Source of the DNA: an uncultured Gammaproteobacteria bacterium
GTDB lineage: Bacteria; Patescibacteriota; Microgenomatia; UBA8517
Assembly: GCA_964524515.1 (NCBI GenBank)
Contig: CAZGEA010000001.1
Span: 361,522 to 425,521, forward strand
Direction of reading: 5' to 3'
Length of the DNA stretch: 64,000 nucleotides
The translations under genes and the position numbers were made by a program. Below, piece after piece: positions 1-9,315 of the stretch (position 1 is the stretch's first letter; the number at the start of each line of letters is the position of its first letter). The notes beneath the pieces are model-generated. The model made no database searches, was not told where the DNA came from, and saw only the letters and a program-made list of their open reading frames with translations.

Positions 1-140
1 AATAACTTTTTCTTCATTATGGGCTGAAACTACAACTGCGACTGTAAACCTCTTTATCATAATTTAGGGTATATTAATCTCAAAATTATATTCAAGCAAT
101 ATGGTGTTGACTAACAGTGTGTCATGTATATAATGAAAAA

Positions 141-1367
141 ATGAACAACATAAAAAGATTTTTTATCTTAATTGCTATAGTCTTCACAGCAAACATCTTA
201 GTTACAAATTCAATTAGTGCACAAGTTCCACCTCTTGCCAATCCTTCATTTGAAACACAAGCCGGATCTGCAAATGAAGCACTAAGCTGGTTTCCATTTC
301 AAAATGGTTACACCAGAGTTCAAACTGCAAAAACAGGAACTTGGGGAATTAAACTATCAAACACACAAACAAACACTTATTCAGGAATTTATCAAAGAGT
401 TAATTTTAATCAAACAACTGCAAAACCAATCTTTATTGGAGGATATGTTAAGGGACAAAACATTATAAATTCATCAAATGGATATTTTGGAGCATCACTT
501 TATTTGGAAATTGTTCATACAGATGGCACTATTACTTACTGGAATACAATTGCAAACTATGGTTCATTTGATTGGCGTTGGGTAGGAGTCAACACTGCAA
601 CATTGCCATCAAATGAAAAACCAATAAGCCACATCTTTGTAGTCCCCATGTTAGGGCTTGCTCGAGGAACAGCTTTTTTTGATGACATAAAAGTTCAAGA
701 ATACGAACCAACCAGTGGTGCAGTTACCATAATGGTAGATGATGGCGAAATTTCAACTTATACAGATATTCTTCCTGCATTAAATACATTTGGATTCAAA
801 GGATCAGCTGCCATAATATCTGGCGCAATCGGCGACGATGGACAAATGACAAAAGCTCAGCTAGTTGACCTTCAAAATAAAGGTTGGGAAATCGTATCCC
901 ACAGCGTAAATCATGATGATATGACTACTCTTTCAAATACTAGAATAAAAACTGAATTAAACACTTCAAAAAGAACACTCGAAAGAGCAGGTTTGTCAGT
1001 TCAAAACTTCGCTCTCCCATTTGGAGCTTACAATGGATTTATTTTAGGTGAAGCCCAAGCAGGAGGATACAAATCAGTTAGAGCTTATGAACAAGGCGAT
1101 AATCCAAAAGGGCTATTTCCATTTGATGTAAAAGTTAGAGGTCTATTAAATACAACACCAATTTCAGAAGTAGAATCATGGCTAAGTAACGCAAAAAATA
1201 ACAAGAAATGGACCATCCTAACTCTTCACAGAATTGCTCCATCAAGTGATGATGCATATTTCCTTACATCAGCTCAACTTAAAACTATAATACAAAAAGT
1301 CAAAGACTCAGGTCTACCTGTTATTACATACAAAGAAGGTATCTCCCAATTCGCCACAGCTCAATAA
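141..1367 (+). CDS. Secreted polysaccharide deacetylase (NodB-type) with an N-terminal beta-rich domain
   Basis: The ORF track starts at GTG 117. The first ATG at 141 gives a signal peptide (MNNIKRFFILIAIVFTANILV...SAQ). The C-terminal half carries NodB-like motifs (TIMVDDGEIS...; VSHSVNHDDM). Confidence 0.65.
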   Translation: MNNIKRFFILIAIVFTANILVTNSISAQVPPLANPSFETQAGSANEALSWFPFQNGYTRVQTAKTGTWGIKLSNTQTNTYSGIYQRVNFNQTTAKPIFIGGYVKGQNIINSSNGYFGASLYLEIVHTDGTITYWNTIANYGSFDWRWVGVNTATLPSNEKPISHIFVVPMLGLARGTAFFDDIKVQEYEPTSGAVTIMVDDGEISTYTDILPALNTFGFKGSAAIISGAIGDDGQMTKAQLVDLQNKGWEIVSHSVNHDDMTTLSNTRIKTELNTSKRTLERAGLSVQNFALPFGAYNGFILGEAQAGGYKSVRAYEQGDNPKGLFPFDVKVRGLLNTTPISEVESWLSNAKNNKKWTILTLHRIAPSSDDAYFLTSAQLKTIIQKVKDSGLPVITYKEGISQFATAQ

Positions 1368-1451
1368 ATAGTTTAATAATAACTAACTATATACTTTGAT
1401 ACAGTTGACAAGACAACAGCAATCTCCTGTATGATGAATTATATTTAATTA

Positions 1452-2801
1452 ATGAGGAAAATTCTGCCCAGCCTCATAGTGGTAGGTGCAATATCAGCCC
1501 TTGTGGTGACTGTCACAAATGCTTACTTCTCTGATCGCGAAACTTCATCAAACAATCTATTTCAAACTGGAAAAATCGATTTAAAAATTGACAATGAAAG
1601 CTATTACAATGGTGCAGTCTCTGCAAATACTTCTTGGGAAAAAGATGATTTACCTGGTCATTTGTTTTTCGATTTCAATGATGTAAAGCCATCTGATTGG
1701 GGTGAGGATACAATTTCATTACATGTTGATGATAATGAAGCCTGGGCATGTATGAAAACATCGCTTACTAAAAATATTGATAACACTTGCACTGAACCAG
1801 AAAAAATTGATGACCCAAATTGTTTAGAGGGAGAAAATGCCACAAACAGTGGAGAATTAGCAAACAATATTAATTTTATGTTTTGGATTGACGATGGAGA
1901 TAATGTACTTGAACAAGGTGAATTTGACAATAATATTATAGCTCAAGGTCCAGCTAGCCAAGTTCTAAACAGTAATATCATACTTGCAGATTCAAGTTTA
2001 AATCGTGTAGGTGCAGTTGGTGAAGGACTTTTTCCAAATATAACCTATTTTATAGCAAAAGCATGGTGCTTTGGTTCACTCTCACCTAATCCACTACCTG
2101 AAGGTCAAGGAGTAAATCCTACAATAAACTCAGGTATTTTATGTAACGGATCAAATCTAAATAATTCAACACAATCTGATATTTTAAATGCAGATATTGA
2201 GTTCACTGCATATCAACACAGAAACAATCCAAACTTTTTATGTTTCCCTTCAAGTCCAACTCCTACTCCTACTGCTACTGCAACACCAATAGCATGTGCC
2301 AATGTCTGGGCAGATACTGTAGTTAGCGCTAACCAAGGTACAAGAAAAAATGGTACAGCAGTGTTAGCCACCCGATCAAACCCAACTACAGCATTAGTAG
2401 CTCAAACTTTAGGAAATATCTACGATAGCCCAGTAACTGAAGGAACTTTTTATAGCTTAGGATTTAAACTAGCTACACCAAATGTTGGTGGAAGCATAGT
2501 TGTTTCATTTACCAATCCAATACTTAATGGCCCAGGAAATGATTTAAAAATATATGAAGTTACAGGTGGATCAATCAATTCTCCATATCCTGATGAATTA
2601 ATTAAAATCGAAGCAAGTCCTGATGGAATCACCTATACAACTCTTGCAGCTTCAGCAGCTCGTGATGCAACAGTTGATTTGGGGATACTAACTCAAGCCA
2701 AATTTGTGCGAATTACTGATGTTTCTCCACTTGCTCCATTTGAGTCAACCGCAGATGCCTATGATCTCGACGGAGTTCAAGCCCTTTGCGGTCAACTTTA
2801 A
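1452..2801 (+). CDS. Camelysin/TasA-family secreted protein with a SipW-cognate-class signal peptide
   Basis: The N-terminus (...VTNAYFSDRETSSNNLFQTGKIDLKID) matches the CalY/TasA pattern (AFFSDKE..NTFAAGTLDL). It has a Pro/Thr linker and a C-terminal domain. An SD-like sequence lies upstream. Confidence 0.75.
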   Translation: MRKILPSLIVVGAISALVVTVTNAYFSDRETSSNNLFQTGKIDLKIDNESYYNGAVSANTSWEKDDLPGHLFFDFNDVKPSDWGEDTISLHVDDNEAWACMKTSLTKNIDNTCTEPEKIDDPNCLEGENATNSGELANNINFMFWIDDGDNVLEQGEFDNNIIAQGPASQVLNSNIILADSSLNRVGAVGEGLFPNITYFIAKAWCFGSLSPNPLPEGQGVNPTINSGILCNGSNLNNSTQSDILNADIEFTAYQHRNNPNFLCFPSSPTPTPTATATPIACANVWADTVVSANQGTRKNGTAVLATRSNPTTALVAQTLGNIYDSPVTEGTFYSLGFKLATPNVGGSIVVSFTNPILNGPGNDLKIYEVTGGSINSPYPDELIKIEASPDGITYTTLAASAARDATVDLGILTQAKFVRITDVSPLAPFESTADAYDLDGVQALCGQL

Positions 2802-2833
2802 TAAATTTATTTTTTTGAAGGAGGTGATTATGA

Positions 2834-3760
2834 ATGAAAAGACTATTAACTAGTATTCTAACAATTGGTGTAATCGCATCTGTTGCAGTTGGCGCCACTC
2901 GTGCCTTCTTCTCAGATCGAGAAACTTCAACTGGAAACGTTTTATCAGCAGGTTCTATCGATCTAAAGGTTGATAGCACTGCTCACTATGCAGGTCTTGT
3001 GTGTAGTTTAGGAGGACTTTGGGTAGAAGACACAATTGGTGTATCCAATAATACTCGTCCAGAATTACTAAACACAGTATGTACTGGTACTTGGGAATCT
3101 AAAGATTTAACAAATGAAAAATTCTTTAATCTAACAGATATCAAACCAGGTGATATGGGAGAAAACACATTATCTTTAACAGTACAAGATAATGATGCTT
3201 GGGCATGTATTCAAATCAACAATTTACAAAACAACGAAAATACACTTGTTGATCCAGAAGCAGAAGCAGGAGATGTAACCAATGATCCAAACGGTGGAGA
3301 ATTAGCTCAAAACTTATACTTTACTGCATGGCTCGATCAGGGAACAACACCTGGTTGGCAAAATTCTGACAACGATCCAAATACACCTATAGATCCAACT
3401 GAAGGAGATAATATTTGGCAAGGCAATACAGCTGAACCATTATTATTCACCAATCAGCAAGGTCCAGCATCTGATGTATTAGGAGGGCAAACATACAAAT
3501 TGGCAGATTCAACAACTGGCTTCGGTCCATTAGTAGGTTTACAAACTAACTATATTGGATTAGCTTGGTGTGGAGGTCAGTTTGATGCAGTAGCAATGGG
3601 ATTAGGTAATTTAGTCTGTAATGGATCATTTATGGGTAATAACACTCAAACTGATAGCATTACAGCAGATTTATCAATCTATGTTGAACAAGCAAGAAAC
3701 AATCCAAATTTCACTTGTGCATCATTAGCAAGCCCAATTCCAGTTCCAACAGGAATATAA
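2834..3760 (+). CDS. Camelysin/TasA-family secreted protein (paralog)
   Basis: N-terminus is MKRLL...GATRAFFSDRETSTGNVLSAGSIDLKVD. There is a strong SD (gaaggaggtga) 7 nt upstream. It shares conserved blocks with the preceding gene (WACM/WACI, QGPAS.VL, RNNPNF.C). Confidence 0.8.
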   Translation: MKRLLTSILTIGVIASVAVGATRAFFSDRETSTGNVLSAGSIDLKVDSTAHYAGLVCSLGGLWVEDTIGVSNNTRPELLNTVCTGTWESKDLTNEKFFNLTDIKPGDMGENTLSLTVQDNDAWACIQINNLQNNENTLVDPEAEAGDVTNDPNGGELAQNLYFTAWLDQGTTPGWQNSDNDPNTPIDPTEGDNIWQGNTAEPLLFTNQQGPASDVLGGQTYKLADSTTGFGPLVGLQTNYIGLAWCGGQFDAVAMGLGNLVCNGSFMGNNTQTDSITADLSIYVEQARNNPNFTCASLASPIPVPTGI

Positions 3761-3773
3761 TTGGCAATTTTCT

Positions 3774-3840
3774 CTCCCGCTCATCGGGAGGGAAGCCCGG
3801 GGATATTTATAAATAGTTAAAATAAATATATCCGGGCTTC
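3774..3840 (+). promoter_or_regulatory. Two GC-rich stem-loops between the second TasA-like gene and sipW (CTCCCG/CGGGAG, then 9-bp GAAGCCCGG/CCGGGCTTC)
   Basis: Perfect inverted repeats read directly from the sequence. There is no trailing T-run, so this is not a canonical intrinsic terminator. It could be an attenuator or an RNA-stability element. Confidence 0.4.
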
Positions 3841-3845
3841 TAAAT

Positions 3846-4511
3846 ATGTTAAAACTTACTGTCTCATATAAAATTGCAAAAATAATTTTCGCATTCTATG
3901 GCCTAATTTTGGGCTTACTAATCTTTTCATTCTTAGCAAAAAATGGTTATTTAAATTCCTCTTATAAATTATTAATCGTATTGTCAGGTTCCATGGAGCC
4001 ACAAATAAAAACTGGAAGTTTGGTAATAACTAAGTCAGAAAAAAATTACAAAATACAAGATGTTATAGCTTTTGAATCTTCAAATAATGATCTTGTAACT
4101 CACAGAATTGAAGGAATAACCAATTCCGGTTTTGTAACAAAAGGAGATGCAAACAACACCACTGATCCAGGTGAAATTTTAAATAACCAAGTAAAAGGAA
4201 AAGTAATTTTTACTATTCCATATTTAGGTCGCGTTGCAAACATCTCAAAAAATCCAAAAGGTTTCATTGCTGTAGTTATTATTCCAGCAACAATAATAGT
4301 TTATGAAGAATTAGTAAAAATAAAAAAAGAAATAGCAAATTTTATAAAAACCAAAAAATTAAAAAATAATAAATCAAACAGCATGCCAAATTTTGCAATA
4401 TTAGTTCCATTCATAGCTCTTGCATTCATGTACACAATAGCAACCAATGCTTATTATTCAGACTCAGAAAAAAGCACGCAAAATTCATTTACAGCATCAA
4501 ACAATTTTTAA
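3846..4511 (+). CDS. sipW: Signal peptidase I, SipW/archaeal type (S26B)
   Basis: N-terminal TM. Catalytic-Ser box LSGSMEP. HRIEG and KGDAN boxes typical of SipW-type peptidases. C-terminal TM. It lies within the TasA-like operon. Confidence 0.8.
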   Translation: MLKLTVSYKIAKIIFAFYGLILGLLIFSFLAKNGYLNSSYKLLIVLSGSMEPQIKTGSLVITKSEKNYKIQDVIAFESSNNDLVTHRIEGITNSGFVTKGDANNTTDPGEILNNQVKGKVIFTIPYLGRVANISKNPKGFIAVVIIPATIIVYEELVKIKKEIANFIKTKKLKNNKSNSMPNFAILVPFIALAFMYTIATNAYYSDSEKSTQNSFTASNNF

Positions 4512-4512
4512 A

Positions 4513-5478
4513 ATGTATAAGAAAAAAATATTAATACTATTACTAATTTTAGTTCCACTTTTATCATATCTTGGAGTGACAATTGCAAATGCACAAAACA
4601 CATTTGCATCGGGAGCTATAACCATATCATTTAACAATTCCCCTATTTCAGGCCCAATTTTTAGTGTTGAAAATATGCTACCAGGTGATTGTGTGGAAAA
4701 AAATATTACAATTCAAAATAGCACTAATTCACAAAAAGAAATAAAAATAAAATCAGAAAATATCACACAATCTGGAAATTTAGCGACAGTTCTAAATTTT
4801 GAAATTAAAAAAAATAATTCAACAATTATTTATTCAACTAACAATTTAAATAATTTTTTCAATCTCACATCAACAACACTTACAAACATTCCAACAAACA
4901 CAATCGAATCATTTACTTTTAAAATTTGTTTTGATCCAAATGCAGATAACAGTTATCAAAATAAATTCACAAAATTTGATTTAATATTTATAACTGATGG
5001 AAATAACCAAACATCAATCCCCGCCCAATGCCTTGAAAAAGGAAGAAAAATAGAAAATATAATAATAGGAACTGAAAAAAATGATAATATCCGTGGAACT
5101 TCCAAAAAAGATTACATTAATGGGTTTAGTGGCGATGACAAAATTACAGGAACTTCAGATGATGATTGTATTTGGGGCGGCGAAGGAAATGACGAATTAG
5201 ATGGAGGGTCAGGAGAAGACTACATTTGGGGAGAGGAAGGAAACGACATAATTGATGGTAGAAGTGGAAACGATATAATCTATTCAGGAAATGGAGACGA
5301 CACTATTGATGCTGGAGCTGGAGAAGATAACGTTTGGAGCGAAAATGGTAACGACAGTATCAAAGCAGGTCCTGGAAATGACAAAGTAGATTCAGGTGAT
5401 GACTCAGATTCAATTAACGGAAATACAGGAAAAGACAAATGTACAAACGGAGAAACAATTACAAATTGTGAAGAGTAA
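4513..5478 (+). CDS. Secreted camelysin/TasA-like N-domain fused to RTX-type (hemolysin-type) Ca-binding repeats
   Basis: Start moved to ATG 4513 (MYKKKILILLL... signal). The NAQNTFASGAITIS motif resembles the mature TasA/CalY N-terminus. The C-terminus carries about 10 GxGxDxI nonapeptide repeats (GGEGNDELDGGSGEDYIWG...). Confidence 0.65.
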   Translation: MYKKKILILLLILVPLLSYLGVTIANAQNTFASGAITISFNNSPISGPIFSVENMLPGDCVEKNITIQNSTNSQKEIKIKSENITQSGNLATVLNFEIKKNNSTIIYSTNNLNNFFNLTSTTLTNIPTNTIESFTFKICFDPNADNSYQNKFTKFDLIFITDGNNQTSIPAQCLEKGRKIENIIIGTEKNDNIRGTSKKDYINGFSGDDKITGTSDDDCIWGGEGNDELDGGSGEDYIWGEEGNDIIDGRSGNDIIYSGNGDDTIDAGAGEDNVWSENGNDSIKAGPGNDKVDSGDDSDSINGNTGKDKCTNGETITNCEE

Positions 5479-5481
5479 TAA

Positions 5482-5868
5482 TTAACTAATTCCCAAATAT
5501 CCTTTAATTTTAGTTACAATTTCATGAGGTGTTAGGTTAGCTTTCAATAAATACTCTTTTGCTCCAGCCTCTAATACTTTCTTTTCTTCCTCTGGTTGGC
5601 TTAAATTTGTCAAAAATAACGTTGGAACATTAACATTTAATTCCTTGAGTTTAAAAAATAAATCAATTCCAGATAATTTTGGCATCATTACATCCATTAC
5701 AATAAAATCAATTTTATTCTCCTGAGCTTTTTTTAATCCTTCCATTCCATCTTGAGCAACAATCAATTCAAATCCATCTAAACTAAATTTAGTCGAATAC
5801 ATTTTAATCAAAAGAGGATCATCTTCAACTAAAAGTATTATTTTTTTATTATTTTGATTATCTTGCAT
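5482..5868 (-). CDS. Single-domain response regulator (CheY-like receiver)
   Basis: LLVEDDPLL, VMDVMMP.LSGIDL and conserved Lys (EYLLK) receiver motifs. Confidence 0.8.
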   Translation of the reverse strand: MQDNQNNKKIILLVEDDPLLIKMYSTKFSLDGFELIVAQDGMEGLKKAQENKIDFIVMDVMMPKLSGIDLFFKLKELNVNVPTLFLTNLSQPEEEKKVLEAGAKEYLLKANLTPHEIVTKIKGYLGIS

Positions 5869-5880
5869 AGAAATAACATA

Positions 5881-7239
5881 TTACCCCAAAACTATTGGGA
5901 GTTCAAACCAAAAAATCGAACCTTTCCCAGTTTCACTTTCAAAACCAATCACCCCACCAAACTTTTCAACTAACAATTTAGAAATATACAAACCAAGCCC
6001 TGTTCCCATAACTTTCCCTTCAGATGATTCTGCTCTAAAAAACTTCTGAAACAACTTTGCTTTATCAGCCTCATTCATTCCAGGTCCAGTATCAGATATT
6101 TCAACCCGAACAGTCTTAGGATTTGTATTAAAAAGTTTAACGTTCACAGATCCTTGGTCAGTATATTTAATTGCATTACTAATCAAGTTTGAAACTACTT
6201 CATATATTCTATCTCGGTCAACATATGCCAAATCAGAAACATTCTCGGTCTGACTATAATTTAATGCCAATTTCTTATCCTGCGCTTGAATCTTATATTC
6301 ATTCACAACTGTTGAACAAACATTAGCTAAATTTACATTCCCCATTTCAAAAGTTAATCTTCCTTCTTCAATTCGCGAAATATTAAGCATGTTATTAACT
6401 AATCTAATCAACCGATCATTACCTGATAAAGCCTCTCCCACAAAATCCTTCATAGATACTGTCATCTCCCCTGCATCGCCCTCTGAAATCATTGATAAAT
6501 AGCCTTTAATAGCTGTCATTGGAGCTCGTAGCTCATGCGCTGCAACACTCAAAAATTCATCTTTGCGCTTATCAAGTTCTTTTAGTTTTTTATTAGCATT
6601 TTGCAAATCCTGATACAAAGTGACACGATTAATTGCAAGTGCAAACACATTTCCAATTTCAGATAGTACTCGCATCTCAAACGATGAAAATTCGCCTTCC
6701 TTTCTCTGCGAAAAAAGTGAATATACTCCTATTACTTCAGTACCAAACAAAATTGGATAAGCAAAAATTGCATTAATCTTTGAATTCACAGCAATACCAA
6801 TTGCTTCATTCCAGTGCTCTTTTGGAATCCAAGTTCCATATACATCACTCACATTTAACGAAGTCACCATTTTTTTAGATTGAGCAGCTTTTAAAAATAA
6901 ATTCTCGTATGAATTGTCAGGAATAACCAGGCTCTCAATAGGCAAATTTATAAGCTTAAAAATTTCCTGATCAAAAGCAAATTTCGTAGTTGCAACGACT
7001 TGAAGTTGATCCAAATTATGATTCATTAAAGCAACCATTCCAGATTCAAATTTCAAATCAGACGTAATCACATCAATAAATTTTTGAGATACTTCTTTTT
7101 GTTCATAACTACCAACTACTATTTGATACAACTTCTGCAAAACAGTCATTACTTGATTTGAAACAACTAATTCTAAATTTTTCTTATATAATTCCTTTGC
7201 TACAGATTCATACTGAGTTGAAGAACTTTGAGGATTCAT
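5881..7239 (-). CDS. Sensor histidine kinase with N-terminal GAF-like domain (cytoplasmic)
   Basis: HisKA H-box AAHELRAPMTAIKGY. HATPase_c N, G1 and G2 boxes (NLISNAIKYT, DTGPGM, GTGLGL). No TM segments. Confidence 0.8.
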   Translation of the reverse strand: MNPQSSSTQYESVAKELYKKNLELVVSNQVMTVLQKLYQIVVGSYEQKEVSQKFIDVITSDLKFESGMVALMNHNLDQLQVVATTKFAFDQEIFKLINLPIESLVIPDNSYENLFLKAAQSKKMVTSLNVSDVYGTWIPKEHWNEAIGIAVNSKINAIFAYPILFGTEVIGVYSLFSQRKEGEFSSFEMRVLSEIGNVFALAINRVTLYQDLQNANKKLKELDKRKDEFLSVAAHELRAPMTAIKGYLSMISEGDAGEMTVSMKDFVGEALSGNDRLIRLVNNMLNISRIEEGRLTFEMGNVNLANVCSTVVNEYKIQAQDKKLALNYSQTENVSDLAYVDRDRIYEVVSNLISNAIKYTDQGSVNVKLFNTNPKTVRVEISDTGPGMNEADKAKLFQKFFRAESSEGKVMGTGLGLYISKLLVEKFGGVIGFESETGKGSIFWFELPIVLG

Positions 7240-7262
7240 TTAATAATTTTACTATAATAAAG

Positions 7263-7541
7263 TTACAAAAGTATCTGGGGAATTGAACTTCGATCTACGC
7301 GATCAAGTACACGCTTTATTGCATCTTTACATACTTCAACTGAAGCTTGCCCAAAAAGATTTTGATATTGAATTACTAATTTCTCCAAAACAAGTTTACC
7401 ATCACCTGTCACACTTACTTTATTATTATTAATAATCAATCCAGATACTTTTTCAGCTTCACTCCAAGCAAGCGGCCCAACAACCCTTTCCTGTTCTTTT
7501 ATTATTGCATGAGCTAAAGTTAAAAATTGATCTTCGTTCAT
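7263..7541 (-). CDS. Hypothetical small protein
   Basis: ORF only. No recognised motifs. Confidence 0.3.
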   Translation of the reverse strand: MNEDQFLTLAHAIIKEQERVVGPLAWSEAEKVSGLIINNNKVSVTGDGKLVLEKLVIQYQNLFGQASVEVCKDAIKRVLDRVDRSSIPQILL

Positions 7542-7542
7542 A

Positions 7543-8364
7543 CTATTTAATTGATTTATTTGTCAATTCATCAAATACAGTATTCAATCGTAAAAGCGCC
7601 ATTACCATCAAAAAATATGACACTAGATACATTAAATCTACAACTTCACCAGGGCCCATTTCTCCATATCGAGATATATATAAAAAAGCAAAATCTGAAA
7701 AATATTGCACTGCAAGTGCAAAAAGAATAAACAAAACTTTATTTCTCATAATCCCTCCAAGGATCTGCCTTGATAAGACATATGCCACCAATGCAATTGA
7801 TACATATATCGCTTGACCAAATGGATATCCAAAATCTAAAAATATCGTCAGAATTGGAGTCTCACTGAATTCATAACCCTTAAGGAAAAAGAAATAAGAA
7901 GAAACTAACAAAACCAAAGGAATTAATAATACAATTATTTTACTCTTAACAGATTTAATAGATGTACCAGCACCTGACACTTTTGCCAAATAATAAGCAC
8001 CCATTATATACAAAGGAATACTTCCAAAATATCCTATATCACCCAAAGAAGGATAAGGAACAACAATATGAAAAAAGAAATTATATGCAGAATAAACAAG
8101 TTGACCAAATTCCTGAGCAATAAGTCCTAATGAAAACATTAAAATCGATTTACCCATTAAACTTTTAAATCCACCCCATTTAAATGAAATTTTTATTCCA
8201 TAAATTGCGCCAACAAATGCCACAACCCCATACAAAGCACTAAATAGTTGTTTTTGATCTAAATTAGAATTATAGAGTTGAAGATATAGCCACCATAAGC
8301 TAAATATGGCAAAAAGAAATATCACAAATTTGGCACTCATTTCTTTTTTGATAGTTTGCAACAC
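7543..8364 (-). CDS. Polytopic membrane protein (about 8 TM), function unknown
   Basis: Multiple hydrophobic helices. No catalytic motif recognised. Confidence 0.45.
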   Translation of the reverse strand: MLQTIKKEMSAKFVIFLFAIFSLWWLYLQLYNSNLDQKQLFSALYGVVAFVGAIYGIKISFKWGGFKSLMGKSILMFSLGLIAQEFGQLVYSAYNFFFHIVVPYPSLGDIGYFGSIPLYIMGAYYLAKVSGAGTSIKSVKSKIIVLLIPLVLLVSSYFFFLKGYEFSETPILTIFLDFGYPFGQAIYVSIALVAYVLSRQILGGIMRNKVLFILFALAVQYFSDFAFLYISRYGEMGPGEVVDLMYLVSYFLMVMALLRLNTVFDELTNKSIK

Positions 8365-8424
8365 TTATTAAGATTATCTATAGGAAGAGATGAAGTCAAG
8401 TCAAATAATATAAGATATAATTTA

Positions 8425-9315
8425 ATGATCATGATTAACTTCCAACCACTCACACTAAAAGATCAACAACTGATAAAAAAATTCACGGAACAATTTCCAC
8501 CTTATTCAGATTTCAATTTTACAAGTTTATGGAGCTACAATACAAATGAAGATTTCAGTTTTTTCCTAGATAATGAAAAGCTAATTATCCAACTAAGAAA
8601 CTATATTACAAATAAAAAAATTTATTCGATATTATCAAAAAAACTAGACATCAACACAATTATTAAAATCACTGATAATGAAAATAATATTAAACAACTC
8701 AATCTTGTTCCTGAAGACAGTTTAAATGATGAAATAAAAGCAAATAATAATCTATTAATCACAGAAGATAGAGATAATTTTGACTACGTAATATCAACCG
8801 AAGCAACATCTGTACTTCAAGGATCACACTACGACAACAAAAGGCAACACATTCATCAATTCAAAAGATTATATCCAGATTGTTTTATTAAGATATCAAA
8901 ATGTGATAACCAAATTGAACATTCTCATATTAGAAGTTTATTTGATGTATGGGCTGCAAAAAAAACAGGTGACTCCGACACATCTCATGAAAAAATTGCA
9001 CTAAACAGACTACTTAATTCACCAAACTTACCAATAAATTTAATAGGAATATGGGACAAAGAAAGACTAATTGGATTTACTATTGATGAAAAAATTGATA
9101 ACTACGTACTCGGACACTTTATGAAAGCAGATACTTCATATAGATACATTTATGATATGTTACTTTTTCAATCTGCAAGTTACTGGAAAAATATGGGTTG
9201 TCACTATATTAATTATGAACAGGATCTAGGCATCGAAGGATTAAGAAAAACAAAATCTTCATGGCACCCAATAAAATTCTTAAAAAAATATACAATTACA
9301 TTAAATGAAATTTGA
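8425..9315 (+). CDS. Hypothetical protein, possibly DUF2156/GNAT-like
   Basis: The track ORF starts at TTG 8356; the first ATG in frame is near 8425. Weak resemblance to the C-terminal domain of aminoacyl-phosphatidylglycerol synthases. Low certainty. Confidence 0.3.
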   Translation: MIMINFQPLTLKDQQLIKKFTEQFPPYSDFNFTSLWSYNTNEDFSFFLDNEKLIIQLRNYITNKKIYSILSKKLDINTIIKITDNENNIKQLNLVPEDSLNDEIKANNNLLITEDRDNFDYVISTEATSVLQGSHYDNKRQHIHQFKRLYPDCFIKISKCDNQIEHSHIRSLFDVWAAKKTGDSDTSHEKIALNRLLNSPNLPINLIGIWDKERLIGFTIDEKIDNYVLGHFMKADTSYRYIYDMLLFQSASYWKNMGCHYINYEQDLGIEGLRKTKSSWHPIKFLKKYTITLNEI

